Below, piece after piece: positions 17,625 to 28,137 of a stretch of DNA of 64,000 bases; within the stretch, counting starts at the first letter, position 1; every line of letters starts with the position of its first letter. The position numbers and the translations under genes were made by a program. The DNA lies in contig NZ_JBLWVH010000018.1 of assembly GCF_048268525.1 (NCBI RefSeq), positions 9,083 to 73,082 of the forward strand, read 5' to 3'. The notes under the pieces are model-generated. The model saw nothing but the letters and a program-made list of their open reading frames with translations, ran no database searches and had not been told where the DNA came from. This DNA comes from Maricaulis sp. (GTDB lineage: Bacteria > Pseudomonadota > Alphaproteobacteria > Caulobacterales > Maricaulaceae).

Positions 17625-18986
17625 ATGACCCGAATTCTCGTCCTGTTCGCTGCGCTTCTCGCCCTGATTGGCTGGTCGGCAGCCTCCGATGCCCAGGAAC
17701 CGCTGCGGGTCGATGTGACCCAGGGCAATCTCGACCCGATGCCGATCGCCGTGCCAGATTTTGTGGGCGCGTCGGACGAGGCCCTGCGCCGCGGCGCTGA
17801 CATCACCCGCGTGGTCGCCAATGACCTGGCCAGTTCCGGCCTGTTCGCGCCGGTCGACCAGGAAGCCTTCATCGAAGACATCGCCAATATCGATCTGCGC
17901 CCGCGCTTTTCCGATTGGCGGGTCATCAATGCCGACGCGCTTCTGGTCGGCAGCGTCACCATCCAGGAGGATGGCCGTCTGGTCGTCGGTTTCCGCCTGT
18001 GGGACACCCGCCTCGAGGAACAGCTTCTGGGCCTGCAATATCGCACCGCGCCGGAAAACTGGCGTCGGGTCGCGCACCGCCTCGCCGATGCCGTCTATGA
18101 ACGCCTGACCGGCGAGACCGGCTATTTCAACACGCGCATCGTCTATGTTTCCGAAGGTCGCGGGATCGAGGGCGAACCGATCCGCCAGCTGGCGCTGATG
18201 GACCAGGATGGCGCCAACCCGTCCTTCCTGACAGACCGCTCCTACATGGCCCTGCTGCCCAATTATTCGCCCAGCGCCCAGGAGATCACCTATGTCTCCT
18301 TCCTCGACGGCCAGGCGACGACCTATCTCTACAATCTGGAAACCGGTCGACAGGAGGCCCTGTTCGCCTCTGGCGGTGCCGGCGCTGCCAGCCAGGTCGA
18401 TCCGGACGGGCAGAGCCTGTCAGCGCGTTTCTCGCCGGATGGCTCGGAACTGGCGGTGTCGATCGAGACGCGGTCGGGACATGACATCCACCTGTTCGAC
18501 CTGCAGACCCGCAATCTCCAGCGTCTGACCCAGCACCCGGCGGATGATGTCGAGCCGTCCTTTGCGCCTGATGGCGAGCGGATCGTGTTTTCATCGGCTC
18601 GCGGCGGAGGCTCGCAGCTCTATGTGATGAATCGTGACGGCAGCGATGTTCAGCGGATCACCTTCGGATCGGGTCGCTATACGACCCCGGTCTGGTCTCC
18701 GCGCGGCGACCTGATTGCCTTTACCAAGCAGGTTGGCGGACAATTTTTGCTCGGCGTTGTCCGCGCGGATGGATCCGGGATCGAGCGGATCCTGTATGAG
18801 GGCTACTTCGTTGATACGCCCGCCTGGTCGCCCAATGGACGGGTTTTGCTGTTCACCCGGGGAGAGCAGCGCGCCAATGGAACGCGCTACGAAATCTGGA
18901 GCGTCGACCTTGCCGGTTTCAATCTGCGACGGTTGGCAACAGGCGGCATGGCGTCCGATCCCGCATGGTCGCCCTTGATTGAGTGA
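17625..18986 (+). CDS. tolB: Tol-Pal system beta-propeller protein TolB
   Basis: Signal peptide; repeated PxWSPDG propeller motifs. Confidence 0.95.
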   Translation: MTRILVLFAALLALIGWSAASDAQEPLRVDVTQGNLDPMPIAVPDFVGASDEALRRGADITRVVANDLASSGLFAPVDQEAFIEDIANIDLRPRFSDWRVINADALLVGSVTIQEDGRLVVGFRLWDTRLEEQLLGLQYRTAPENWRRVAHRLADAVYERLTGETGYFNTRIVYVSEGRGIEGEPIRQLALMDQDGANPSFLTDRSYMALLPNYSPSAQEITYVSFLDGQATTYLYNLETGRQEALFASGGAGAASQVDPDGQSLSARFSPDGSELAVSIETRSGHDIHLFDLQTRNLQRLTQHPADDVEPSFAPDGERIVFSSARGGGSQLYVMNRDGSDVQRITFGSGRYTTPVWSPRGDLIAFTKQVGGQFLLGVVRADGSGIERILYEGYFVDTPAWSPNGRVLLFTRGEQRANGTRYEIWSVDLAGFNLRRLATGGMASDPAWSPLIE

Positions 18987-19119
18987 AGGATTTCTGCGTA
19001 ACGTTTTGTCTGGTAAGCGGCACCATTGGGGGGGCCGTCGTCGGTTCGATATCACGCGTGTCGTGATTGGGAGTAAGTCACAGGCCTTGTGTGCTTGGGC
19101 TGGATGAGGGTGTAACATT

Positions 19120-19641
19120 ATGAAAATCAAACTGTTTGCTATTGCGGCGCTTGGGGCATTTGCGACCGCTTGTGCGTCGACGCCGGTCGAAGATACCGCA
19201 CCGGTTCGGGACACACGCCCTGTCGATCCGCCCGCTGAAGTTACCCAGCCGGTTGAAACCGGCCCGATGGCTGGCTCGCCGGGCGACTTTGTCGCAACAG
19301 CCGGTGACCGTGTCTTCTACGGTCTCGACCGCCACGATCTTTCGGATGAAGCGCGTGCCACATTGCGCCGCCAGGCCGCTTGGCTGGCTTCTTATCCGGG
19401 CACCCGCATCCTTGTCGCCGGCAATTGCGACGAGCGCGGCACGCGTGAATACAATCTGGCGCTTGGCGCCCGTCGTGCCAGCGCGGCCCGCACCTACCTG
19501 ATCAGCCAGGGCGTTGATCCGTCGCGGATTTCCACGACCTCCTACGGCAAGGAACGCCCGTCCTGTACGCAGTCTTCGGAAAGCTGCTGGGCGGTCAATC
19601 GTAACGCCACCACGACCCTGCTGAGCGGCTATACCAACTAG
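19120..19641 (+). CDS. pal: peptidoglycan-associated lipoprotein Pal (OmpA family)
   Basis: Lipobox ATAC; OmpA-like C-terminus (NLALGARRASAARTYL). Confidence 0.95.
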   Translation: MKIKLFAIAALGAFATACASTPVEDTAPVRDTRPVDPPAEVTQPVETGPMAGSPGDFVATAGDRVFYGLDRHDLSDEARATLRRQAAWLASYPGTRILVAGNCDERGTREYNLALGARRASAARTYLISQGVDPSRISTTSYGKERPSCTQSSESCWAVNRNATTTLLSGYTN

Positions 19642-19662
19642 TCCGCTTTCGCATGAAACAGG

Positions 19663-19696
19663 AAACGCCCGTGACTTCATCGTCGCGGGCGTTTTC
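19663..19696 (+). terminator. rho-independent terminator after pal
   Basis: aaacgcccg...cgggcgtttt hairpin plus T-run. Confidence 0.65.
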
Positions 19697-19749
19697 AATT
19701 CCGGCCCCAGGCCGTATTTTCGCCGTCCTCTTCCGATAGGTGCGTTCCC

Positions 19750-20631
19750 ATGATCAGATTTCTTTGCCTTTCTGCGCTGACTGCGGCGATTGCCCTCAGC
19801 GCTCCTGCCCAAGCCCAGTCGCGCCGGGAACTCGCCGAACGCATTGACGCCACCGAAGTGCGGATCGGGAATCTGGAATCGGAATTCATGGCCGGCGACC
19901 CGGTCGCCGAAGCCCTGATCCGGCGCATGGACGAGCTTGAATACCAGGTCCAGGCGCTGACCGGAGAGACCGAACGTCTGAGTTTCGAGAATCGTCAGTT
20001 GCGCCAGCAACTCGACATCCTCGAAGCCGAGGCCGCAGCCCGTCAGCAGGCGCCTGCACCGGCCATGGACGATGCGGCGGTTGCCTGGATGAATGAAGGA
20101 CTGGACGGCAGTGATCCGGACGTCGATGGCGCTTCATTGGCAATTGTTGACCCGGATGATCCTCATGCCGAAGCCCGCGCTGCGGCGACGGGCGTGCTGG
20201 GCAGCAATGTGACGTCCTCGCCGTCCGAGCCCGAGATGGATCGGGTCGATCCCGCTGTCACATTCGAGGCGGCGCGGGCACGATTGGTCGACAGCGACTT
20301 CATCGGGGCGCAGGCCGGGTTCGAAACCTTCATCGCTGACAATCCCGATCATGCCCTGACGGCGCAGGCCCAATACTGGCTGGGCGAAACCTTCTATGTC
20401 CGCAGCGACTTCACACAGGCCGCGGACGCATTCATTGCCTCGCTGCGCCTGCAGCCGGCCGGTGAAAAGGCGCCGGACGCGCTGGTGCGTCTGGCAGCCT
20501 CGCTGCATGGAATGGGGCGGACGGAGGATGCGTGTTCGACGCTGGCCCAGTTTGGCCGCCAATTCCCCAATGCCGCCCCGGCGTCGCAAGCGCGGGCAGC
20601 CCGGGAATCGGTGCGCGCCAACTGCCGTTAG
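19750..20631 (+). CDS. cpoB: tol-pal system protein YbgF/CpoB (coiled coil plus TPR)
   Basis: Signal peptide, coiled-coil region, C-terminal TPR (AQYWLGETFY). Confidence 0.88.
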   Translation: MIRFLCLSALTAAIALSAPAQAQSRRELAERIDATEVRIGNLESEFMAGDPVAEALIRRMDELEYQVQALTGETERLSFENRQLRQQLDILEAEAAARQQAPAPAMDDAAVAWMNEGLDGSDPDVDGASLAIVDPDDPHAEARAAATGVLGSNVTSSPSEPEMDRVDPAVTFEAARARLVDSDFIGAQAGFETFIADNPDHALTAQAQYWLGETFYVRSDFTQAADAFIASLRLQPAGEKAPDALVRLAASLHGMGRTEDACSTLAQFGRQFPNAAPASQARAARESVRANCR

Positions 20632-20633
20632 GC

Positions 20634-21986
20634 GTGACCGCGCGGGCCATCGAAACCGTCAGGTCAGCGCTCGACCGGCTTGCCGGTGAGGGGCCAATCG
20701 GAATCGCCTGCTCCGGTGGCGGTGACAGTCTCGCGCTGTTGGTGATTGCGTCGGACTGGGCCCGGGCGAGCGGCCGCACCCTTCATGTCCTGACGGTTGA
20801 CCATGGCTTGCGCACGACCAGTGCCGATGAGGCCGCTTTCGTTGCCAATACTGCAGGCCGCCTGGGCTGGCCCTGCGCCATTCTCGACTGGAACAATCCT
20901 CGCGCAGGCGGAGGGGTACAGGCCCGTGCCCGCGCGGCTCGCCACAGGCTTTTGGCAAAGGCCTGCCGAGAACAGGGCCTGACAGGCCTGGCGCTGGCCC
21001 ATACCCGTGACGACCAGTCCGAGACCGTCTGGCTGCGGCTTGCGGCCGGTGGCAGCTGGCGCAGCGCTGCGGCGATGTTCGAGCGCGCACCATCGCCTGC
21101 CTGGCCCGAGGGACGCGACCTTGATCTGCTGCGGCCTTGCCTGGATGTGACCGGAGCTGAGCTGCGTGATGTCCTGACTGAAGCGGGGTTCAGCTGGGTC
21201 AATGATCCGTCAAACGAAGACCGCCGCTATGCCCGAATCCGAGCCCGCACTGATCTTTGCCTGTTGGGTGATGCCGGCTTCGAGGCAGATCGTTTGGCCG
21301 CGCTGGCGGGTCAACTCCAATCCGTCCGCATTGCCGAACGTCGTGTGGCGTGGGAGCTCGCCGGGCACTCAGTGACCTTTCACGACTGGGGCGGCGCGAC
21401 AATCGGCCGGGAAGCCTGGTCGCGGATGGCTCGGGCGGTCCGGCTCACCGTGCTCGATGCCCTGGTCACCTCGGTATCCGGCGAGGCCGTCAGCCCGCCC
21501 CGTGGCCGATTGGAGGCGATCGATGCAGCCATCCCGGCTGGCGATCCGGCAACCGGGTGCGGTGTCCAATTGCTGGCTGGATCCGGCGATGCCGCCTGGC
21601 TGATCCGTGACCGCGGAGCGGTTATGGGCCGGGTTGACCATGCCAGCCCCGATCCCTGGGAAGACGAAGGCGACGGCTCCAGGGTCTTTGACGGCCGGTT
21701 CGAGATCGCCCCCGATGCACGCAAACTTGATTGGGGAATTCTTGGCGAGACGTATGACGGCCTGCCATCCCGCGCTATATTGGATTCCGTACCGGGTGCT
21801 GCCCGCGCTGGCCTGCTGGTCGCACGCGATGCAGGGCAGGTTGTGAAGATCGCCGGGCTTGGTCAGAGCGAGAACGGCGCGGCGCCGGAAGAACGGATTG
21901 TCCGTCCGCTGATCGCGCACAGATTTTGCAGGCGTCTGCTTTCGCAGCCGGCGGTCAGATGGTTTGATGAGCCTGAATTGGCCTGA
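20634..21986 (+). CDS. tilS: tRNA(Ile)-lysidine synthetase TilS
   Basis: PP-loop IACSGGGDSLAL; GTG start at 20634 just after the cpoB stop (the track frame from 20532 is over-extended). Confidence 0.88.
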   Translation: MTARAIETVRSALDRLAGEGPIGIACSGGGDSLALLVIASDWARASGRTLHVLTVDHGLRTTSADEAAFVANTAGRLGWPCAILDWNNPRAGGGVQARARAARHRLLAKACREQGLTGLALAHTRDDQSETVWLRLAAGGSWRSAAAMFERAPSPAWPEGRDLDLLRPCLDVTGAELRDVLTEAGFSWVNDPSNEDRRYARIRARTDLCLLGDAGFEADRLAALAGQLQSVRIAERRVAWELAGHSVTFHDWGGATIGREAWSRMARAVRLTVLDALVTSVSGEAVSPPRGRLEAIDAAIPAGDPATGCGVQLLAGSGDAAWLIRDRGAVMGRVDHASPDPWEDEGDGSRVFDGRFEIAPDARKLDWGILGETYDGLPSRAILDSVPGAARAGLLVARDAGQVVKIAGLGQSENGAAPEERIVRPLIAHRFCRRLLSQPAVRWFDEPELA

Positions 21987-22089
21987 ATGACGCGGCCTGA
22001 AGTCGCAGGGCTGCTAGCCCGACTGGCGCCGGGGCGTCGGAATGCCCATATCTGGTCGTGAATGATCGAATGATTGAACGGATAAACGC

Positions 22090-23976
22090 ATGCCTATGAG
22101 AAATATTGCGATCTGGGCCGTGGTCCTCGTCCTGGTGATGGTCCTGGTGCAGATGGTCGGCCGCTCGGCTGATCCGGCAGCGACCCCACGCGGGCCATCC
22201 TACTCGGATTTTCTGGACCGGGTGGAGCGCAATGAAATCGAAAGCGCGACCATTCAGGGCGATACGCTTTTCGCCGTGACAGCGTCCGGCGAGCGTTTCG
22301 AAGTGGTCCTGCCACCGTCCGATACCGAGACAGTGGGCATTTTGCGCGAAGCCGATGTGAACATCCGCGTCGAGGAACCTTCCGAAGAGGGCAATATCTT
22401 CCTGTCCATGCTGTTCAACTGGTTCCCGCTTCTGCTGCTGATCGGTGTGTGGATCTTCTTCATGCGCCAGATGCAGGGCGGTGGACGCGGCGGTGCGATG
22501 GGCTTCGGCAAGTCCAAGGCCCGTCTGCTGACCGAGCATCATGGTCGCAAGACTTTTGACGATGTTGCCGGTGTCGATGAAGCCAAGGAAGAACTGCAGG
22601 AAGTTGTCGAGTTTCTGAAAGACCCGTCAAAGTTCCAGCGCCTGGGCGGCAAGATCCCCAAGGGTGCGCTGCTGGTCGGCCCTCCGGGTACCGGTAAGAC
22701 GCTGCTGGCCCGTGCCGTGGCCGGTGAAGCCAATGTGCCTTTCTTCTCGATCTCCGGTTCCGATTTTGTCGAGATGTTTGTCGGTGTCGGCGCCAGCCGT
22801 GTCCGCGACATGTTTGAACAGGCCAAGAAGAACGCGCCCTGCATCATCTTCATCGATGAGATCGACGCGGTCGGCCGCTCACGCGGCGCAGGTATCGGCG
22901 GCGGCAATGACGAGCGCGAACAGACACTCAACCAGTTGCTGGTCGAGATGGACGGTTTCGAGACCAATGAAGGCATCATCCTGATCGCCGCGACCAACCG
23001 TCCCGACGTGCTCGACCCGGCCCTGCGTCGTCCGGGCCGTTTCGACCGCGAAGTCGTGGTCGGCAATCCGGACATTCTGGGTCGTGAGAAAATCCTCAAG
23101 GTCCACATGCGTGAAGTTCCGCTGAGCGAGGATGTCGACGTCAAGGTCATCGCCCGTGGCACGCCCGGTTTCTCCGGCGCCGACCTGGCCAATCTGGTCA
23201 ATGAGGCCGCCCTGCTCGCCGCCCGTCGCAACAAGCGCCGCGTCGCCATGCAGGAGTTCGAGGACGCCAAGGACAAGGTGATGATGGGGCCGGAGCGCCG
23301 GTCCATGGTCATGACCGATGCCGAGAAGAAGCTGACTGCCTATCACGAGGCCGGTCACGCGATTGTCGGCCTCAACATGCCGCAGCATGACCCGCTGCAC
23401 AAAGTCACCATCATTCCGCGTGGCCGCGCCCTTGGCGTGACCTTCAACCTGCCGGAGTCGGACCGGTTGAGCTATTCGCGCCAGTATTGCGTGTCCCGGC
23501 TGGCCTCCCTGTTCGGTGGCCGCGAAGCCGAGATCATCGCGCTGGGCCCTGAGAATGTGACCAATGGTGCGACCAGTGACATCCAGCAGGCCACCGGCAT
23601 GGCGCGGGCCATGGTGATGGAATGGGGCATGTCTGAAACGCTGGGCCGGGTGCGCTATGAAAACCGCTCCTACGAAGCCCCGGCGATTTCTCCGGATACG
23701 TCCGAGCTGATCGACAAGGAGGTCCGCTCCCTGATCGAGGACGCCGAGACGACGGCGCGCCGTATCCTGACCGAGCGTCGTTCCGATCTCGATACGCTGG
23801 CCGAAGGCCTGCTGGAATTCGAGATCCTGTCGGGCCAGGAGGTCAAGGACCTGCTCGATGGCAAGCGGCCGGAACGTCCGGACGAGACCACGCCGCCGCC
23901 GAGCGACACGCCGAGCAGTGCCGTGCCGAGCACGGACGAGGAGCCGGACACCGGTCCGGAACCGCAAGGCGCTTGA
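22090..23976 (+). CDS. ftsH: ATP-dependent zinc metalloprotease FtsH
   Basis: Walker A GPPGTGKT; SRH; HEAGH zinc motif. Confidence 0.97.
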   Translation: MPMRNIAIWAVVLVLVMVLVQMVGRSADPAATPRGPSYSDFLDRVERNEIESATIQGDTLFAVTASGERFEVVLPPSDTETVGILREADVNIRVEEPSEEGNIFLSMLFNWFPLLLLIGVWIFFMRQMQGGGRGGAMGFGKSKARLLTEHHGRKTFDDVAGVDEAKEELQEVVEFLKDPSKFQRLGGKIPKGALLVGPPGTGKTLLARAVAGEANVPFFSISGSDFVEMFVGVGASRVRDMFEQAKKNAPCIIFIDEIDAVGRSRGAGIGGGNDEREQTLNQLLVEMDGFETNEGIILIAATNRPDVLDPALRRPGRFDREVVVGNPDILGREKILKVHMREVPLSEDVDVKVIARGTPGFSGADLANLVNEAALLAARRNKRRVAMQEFEDAKDKVMMGPERRSMVMTDAEKKLTAYHEAGHAIVGLNMPQHDPLHKVTIIPRGRALGVTFNLPESDRLSYSRQYCVSRLASLFGGREAEIIALGPENVTNGATSDIQQATGMARAMVMEWGMSETLGRVRYENRSYEAPAISPDTSELIDKEVRSLIEDAETTARRILTERRSDLDTLAEGLLEFEILSGQEVKDLLDGKRPERPDETTPPPSDTPSSAVPSTDEEPDTGPEPQGA

Positions 23977-24000
23977 TCGGCGGACAATTGACGAGACAAG

Positions 24001-24033
24001 GCCCCGGACCTGCCAAGGTCCGGGGTTTTTCTT
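24001..24033 (+). terminator. rho-independent terminator after ftsH
   Basis: ccccggacc-tgccaa-ggtccgggg followed by tttttctt. Confidence 0.8.
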
Positions 24034-24165
24034 GCGCCGATGAATATGCCGGCGCCGGGTCACCAAGCTGCATACACGCCGGGGCTTTTCAATTGTCGCG
24101 GCGTGGCGGTGCAGCGTATATCAGGGGCAGGCAGTAGCTCCGCTGTCGCCGAGAAACGCTACGAC

Positions 24166-24996
24166 ATGGCCAAATTCCGTTCCCGTCGCCAATCCGGTCT
24201 GCCCTTCGTGATGGGCGTGCTGAATGTCACGCCGGACAGTTTTTCCGATGGTGGCGATTTCATCGACCAGGAAGCAGCGGTCGCGCGCGGTCTTGAGATG
24301 CTGGCAAACGGGGCGGACGTCATTGATGTCGGCGGCGAGTCGACCCGGCCGGGCGCGTCACCGGTTACCGACAAGGAAGAGATGCGCCGCGTCCTGCCGG
24401 TCATCAAGGCGCTGCGCGAGCGCACCGCGGCGCGCATTTCAATCGACACGTTCAAGCCGGTCGTGGCCCGAGCCGCGATCGAGGCCGGGGCGGATATCTG
24501 GAATGATGTGATGGCTCTGCGCGCTGACGGCGCGGTCGAGGCGGCGGCCGAGCTGGGCGTGCCGGTGATCATGATGCACATGTCAGGCACGCCGCAGACC
24601 ATGCAGGCCAATCCGCAATACGAGGACGTGGTGTCGGAGGTCTGTGATTTCCTCACCGAGCGCGCCGACATCGCCATGGCCAAGGGCGTCAGTGCCGACA
24701 GTATCTGGCTCGATCCGGGCATCGGTTTCGGCAAGTCGCTCGATCACAACCTCGCGCTCATGCACGATCTCGATCAGGTCATCGGGCTGGGCTATCCGGT
24801 CCTGTTCGGCGCCTCGCGCAAACGCTTCATTGCTGCGATCGACGAGGGCGCGGCCGAGATGGAGCGTCTGGGCGGATCCCTGGCCGCGGCCCTGCGCGCG
24901 GCGTCGGCCGGCGCGGCGATGGTTCGTGTGCATGATGTGCGCATGACGGTGCAGGCGCTGAAGGTACAGGCGGCGATCGGAAAAGGGCGCGCCTGA
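24166..24996 (+). CDS. folP: dihydropteroate synthase
   Basis: MGVLNVTPDSFSDGG pterin-binding motif; start at the internal ATG (MAKF). Confidence 0.93.
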   Translation: MAKFRSRRQSGLPFVMGVLNVTPDSFSDGGDFIDQEAAVARGLEMLANGADVIDVGGESTRPGASPVTDKEEMRRVLPVIKALRERTAARISIDTFKPVVARAAIEAGADIWNDVMALRADGAVEAAAELGVPVIMMHMSGTPQTMQANPQYEDVVSEVCDFLTERADIAMAKGVSADSIWLDPGIGFGKSLDHNLALMHDLDQVIGLGYPVLFGASRKRFIAAIDEGAAEMERLGGSLAAALRAASAGAAMVRVHDVRMTVQALKVQAAIGKGRA

Positions 24997-25638
24997 ATGG
25001 GGTATACGCTTTATGGCAAGGCGGGTTTCGGTTCGGTCTGCGTCGAGGCGGCGCTTGAGCTGGTTGGTGCCGACTACGAGTTCGTCGAGGCGGACCCGCT
25101 GGGTGATGCCGGCGAGCAACGCCGGGTGCGGGCCGTCAATCCGGCCGGGCAGGTCCCCGCGCTGATTCTGCCCGACGACAGCATCATGACCGAAAGTGCC
25201 GCCATCCTGATCTGGCTGGGAGACCGCTACCCGCAAGCCGGTCTGGCCCCGCCGCCGGATGCGCCCGCGCGCAGCGAGTATTTGCGCTGGTTGTTGTTCT
25301 GCGCCTCGGCCATCTATTCGACCTTCACCCTGACCGACGGGCCGGATCGCTTCCATCCGGACAGCCGCACCCACGACACCCTGCTGGCGATGGCCAATAC
25401 ACGACGCATGGACTTGTGGACTTTGATGAACGACGCCTTCGATGGCATGCCGGGCCGCTTCCTGCTGGGCGACCGCATGAGCCTGCTGGATGTCTATGTG
25501 GCGATGATGAGCCGCTGGGACCCGGGCCGGGCCGCCTTCGCGACTGCGGCGCCGACGCTCCTTTCGGCTGTCGAGGCGACCGAGGCCGATCCGGTCATCG
25601 CCGAGGTCTGGGCCCGCAATTTCCAGCAGCAAGGCTGA
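24997..25638 (+). CDS. glutathione S-transferase family protein
   Basis: GST N-terminal thioredoxin-like fold (YTLYGKAGFGS...VNPAGQVPAL). Confidence 0.8.
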   Translation: MGYTLYGKAGFGSVCVEAALELVGADYEFVEADPLGDAGEQRRVRAVNPAGQVPALILPDDSIMTESAAILIWLGDRYPQAGLAPPPDAPARSEYLRWLLFCASAIYSTFTLTDGPDRFHPDSRTHDTLLAMANTRRMDLWTLMNDAFDGMPGRFLLGDRMSLLDVYVAMMSRWDPGRAAFATAAPTLLSAVEATEADPVIAEVWARNFQQQG

Positions 25639-25643
25639 CCGGC

Positions 25644-25982
25644 ATGGCGTTTCTCACCAATCCCTGGGCGCTGCTGGTGCTTGGCGGCATTTGCGAGATG
25701 GGCTGGGCACTGGGGTTCAAATATGTCCGCAGCGACGCGCCCTGGTGGCAGCATGCGGCGGTATTGGCCGTGCTCGCGGCGTCGATGGCGTTGTTGTGGA
25801 TGGCGATGAAGTCATTGCCGGCCGGGACCGCCTATGCCGTGTGGACCGGGATCGGAGCGCTCGGTGTGGCCACGTTGGGCATTCTCGTGTTCAACGAACC
25901 GGCCACACATATGCGGCTCTTCTTCCTCGCCCTGATCCTGGTCGGCATCATCGGCCTGAAAGCCGTCAGCGGTGAAACTTAG
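25644..25982 (+). CDS. sugE: SMR-family quaternary ammonium/guanidinium exporter SugE/Gdx
   Basis: about 112 aa, 4 TM, conserved Glu in TM1 (GGICEMGWALGFKY); start at the internal ATG. Confidence 0.85.
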   Translation: MAFLTNPWALLVLGGICEMGWALGFKYVRSDAPWWQHAAVLAVLAASMALLWMAMKSLPAGTAYAVWTGIGALGVATLGILVFNEPATHMRLFFLALILVGIIGLKAVSGET

Positions 25983-27187
25983 CCGAACGGATCATCGATC
26001 GAGTGCGACGGCTCGGTGAACCAGCGCGGTCCGGTTGGCGTCATGTAGAAATGATCCTCCAGCCGGATGCCGAATTCACCCGGTACACAGATCATCGGCT
26101 CGTTGGAAAAGCACATGCCGGCCTCCAGCGGCGTGTCATCACCGCCGACCAGATAGGGCCCTTCATGGATGTCCAGACCAATGCCGTGACCGGTCCGGTG
26201 CGGGATGCCGGGCAGGGTATAGTCGGGACCGAGGCCGCGTCGCGCGGCCTCGTCGCGCGCGGCTGCGTCAACCGCACTGCAGGCGACCCCGATCTGAGCG
26301 GCCTGGAAGGCTGCCAGCTGACAGGCCTTCTCGGCCTCCCATATCTCGCGCTGATGATCGGTCGGCTCACCGAACACATAGGTGCGGGTGATGTCGGACT
26401 GATAGCCATGGATGGCGCAGCCTGTGTCAATCAGGACCACGTCGCCTTCATCCAGCGTCTTTGGATTGGCGACACCGTGCGGGAAGGCTGTGTCCGGTCC
26501 GAAAAGGACGATGCAGAAGGTCGAACCACCCGGTGCGCCGACGGCCTTGTGGGCTGCGTGGATGAAGTCCGTGACCTCGCCTGTGGAAATGCCGGGACGC
26601 AGAATGCGCGCGACCGCAGCGTGGACGTCCAGTGTCGCCGTCTTGGTCGCCTGCATCAGGGCAAGCTCTTCGGCGTCCTTGATCATCCGGCCTGACAGGA
26701 CCAGCTCGCTGGCATCGCCGATCTCGCCCGGGCAGGCCGCGGCAATGGCGTTGGCGGTCACCAGCGGTGTGGTCGGGTCGAGGCCGAGCCGGCCGTTGGC
26801 GCCGTCGAGGCCGGCCAGTAGCGTGAACGGGCTTTCATGCTCTTCCCAGACGGCCAGCGGGGCGGGCAGGTGCATGAAGGCTTCCAGCGTACCGGTCTCG
26901 AAGGCAGGGCCGAGATAGGTCAGACCGCCATCGGCGGTGACAAGGGCGCCAACCAGACGCTCCGACGCGCGCCAGCGCAGGCCGGTATAATAGGTCAGAT
27001 TGGTGCCGGCATTGAGCCAGACAGCATTCAGCCCGTTGGCTTTCATGCGCTCGCGCAGCCCGTCGAGACGCTCGGTGAGACGGTCGGCCGATATCGGCTG
27101 ACAATGGCTGAGCTGATCGGTGAGCTTCGCCAGCTCCGCCCCGGCGTTCGATCCGCCCACGCCTTTGGTCATCATGCTGCCCGCCAT
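25979..27187 (-). CDS. M24-family metallopeptidase (Xaa-Pro aminopeptidase/creatinase-like)
   Basis: Creatinase-N plus M24 pita-bread motifs (HGIGLDIHE; DTGCAIHGYQSD); GGAGG RBS before the internal ATG at 27187. Confidence 0.8.
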   Translation of the reverse strand: MAGSMMTKGVGGSNAGAELAKLTDQLSHCQPISADRLTERLDGLRERMKANGLNAVWLNAGTNLTYYTGLRWRASERLVGALVTADGGLTYLGPAFETGTLEAFMHLPAPLAVWEEHESPFTLLAGLDGANGRLGLDPTTPLVTANAIAAACPGEIGDASELVLSGRMIKDAEELALMQATKTATLDVHAAVARILRPGISTGEVTDFIHAAHKAVGAPGGSTFCIVLFGPDTAFPHGVANPKTLDEGDVVLIDTGCAIHGYQSDITRTYVFGEPTDHQREIWEAEKACQLAAFQAAQIGVACSAVDAAARDEAARRGLGPDYTLPGIPHRTGHGIGLDIHEGPYLVGGDDTPLEAGMCFSNEPMICVPGEFGIRLEDHFYMTPTGPRWFTEPSHSIDDPFG

Positions 27188-27278
27188 TTTCGCCTCCGTT
27201 ATAGGAGTGGGCAGGCTAGGCGGCGGAGTCGATACGCACAACGCCGCCGCTGCAGGTGCCAGTGCAAGGTTCAGGGCC

Positions 27279-28040
27279 TCAGGCGCCGTCGCCGAACATG
27301 AAGAGCAGAAACTCTGCCGGTTCGTCGAACGGGTTGAGGATTTCATGGCTCACACCGGCCGGGATCAGGATCATCTGACCATTGCTGACCTCCTGATCAA
27401 CACCATCGATCCGGGCTATGGCTCGATTCCCGGTGAAGACGAGCAGGGTCGGAAACCCATTGGTGCGGCTGCGCGGATCTTCATTGACGTGCTGGCCCGG
27501 CATGACCTGCCCGAAGCCGCTGCGGAAGCCCGGCTGATAGTAGATGATGCCGACATTTCCACCATGGACTTCGCGCGTGGCCTGGTCTCGCCAGTTGATG
27601 ATTTCCGGCGTGCCACGGGTCCAGAAATGGAAAGTGAGGGCGAGGATGGCCGGGTTAAAACCGGCGCCATCCATCAGTTCGATATCCATCGGCGCGTAGT
27701 CCGAGGAAAAGGCCTTGCCCATCGCGGTCAGGGCCGCGATCTCGCCGCGGTCGACCTGGGCCAGGGTGTCCGCTTCTGCGGTGTAGTAAAAGGTCGGCGT
27801 GGCCGGCTCGCCATGGCTGACCGAGAAACTGGCGGCGTCGTGGTTGAAGGATACGGTCCACCAGTCGCCGTCCACAACGACACCGAATTCGGTACTGGCC
27901 TGGAAGGTCGGGTCGGCCAGATAGTCGGCAGCAAAGCGGGTCAATATCGCTTCCGTGCCGCTGTCCTGAGCTTGCGCGGCGAGTGGCAGTGCCAGGTTCG
28001 CGGACAGACCGATCAAGCCGTATTTGATCCATTTTCTCAT
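27279..28040 (-). CDS. secreted cupin-domain protein (signal peptide)
   Basis: Signal peptide ending AQAQD; C-terminal cupin barrel (GQMILIPAGVSHEILN). Confidence 0.6.
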   Translation of the reverse strand: MRKWIKYGLIGLSANLALPLAAQAQDSGTEAILTRFAADYLADPTFQASTEFGVVVDGDWWTVSFNHDAASFSVSHGEPATPTFYYTAEADTLAQVDRGEIAALTAMGKAFSSDYAPMDIELMDGAGFNPAILALTFHFWTRGTPEIINWRDQATREVHGGNVGIIYYQPGFRSGFGQVMPGQHVNEDPRSRTNGFPTLLVFTGNRAIARIDGVDQEVSNGQMILIPAGVSHEILNPFDEPAEFLLFMFGDGA

Positions 28041-28137
28041 CGTCTCAAGTCCCTTTGGTCTCTATTGATCAACCCGTTACGCTTTTAACTATCCAGATAG
28101 ATAATTATGAGGGCGCGTCGCCCCCCAAATCCCTGTA

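Noticed and set aside
20532-20633. Extended TilS start overlapping cpoB
   Set aside because: The extension has no TilS homology; the PP-loop begins shortly after the GTG at 20634.
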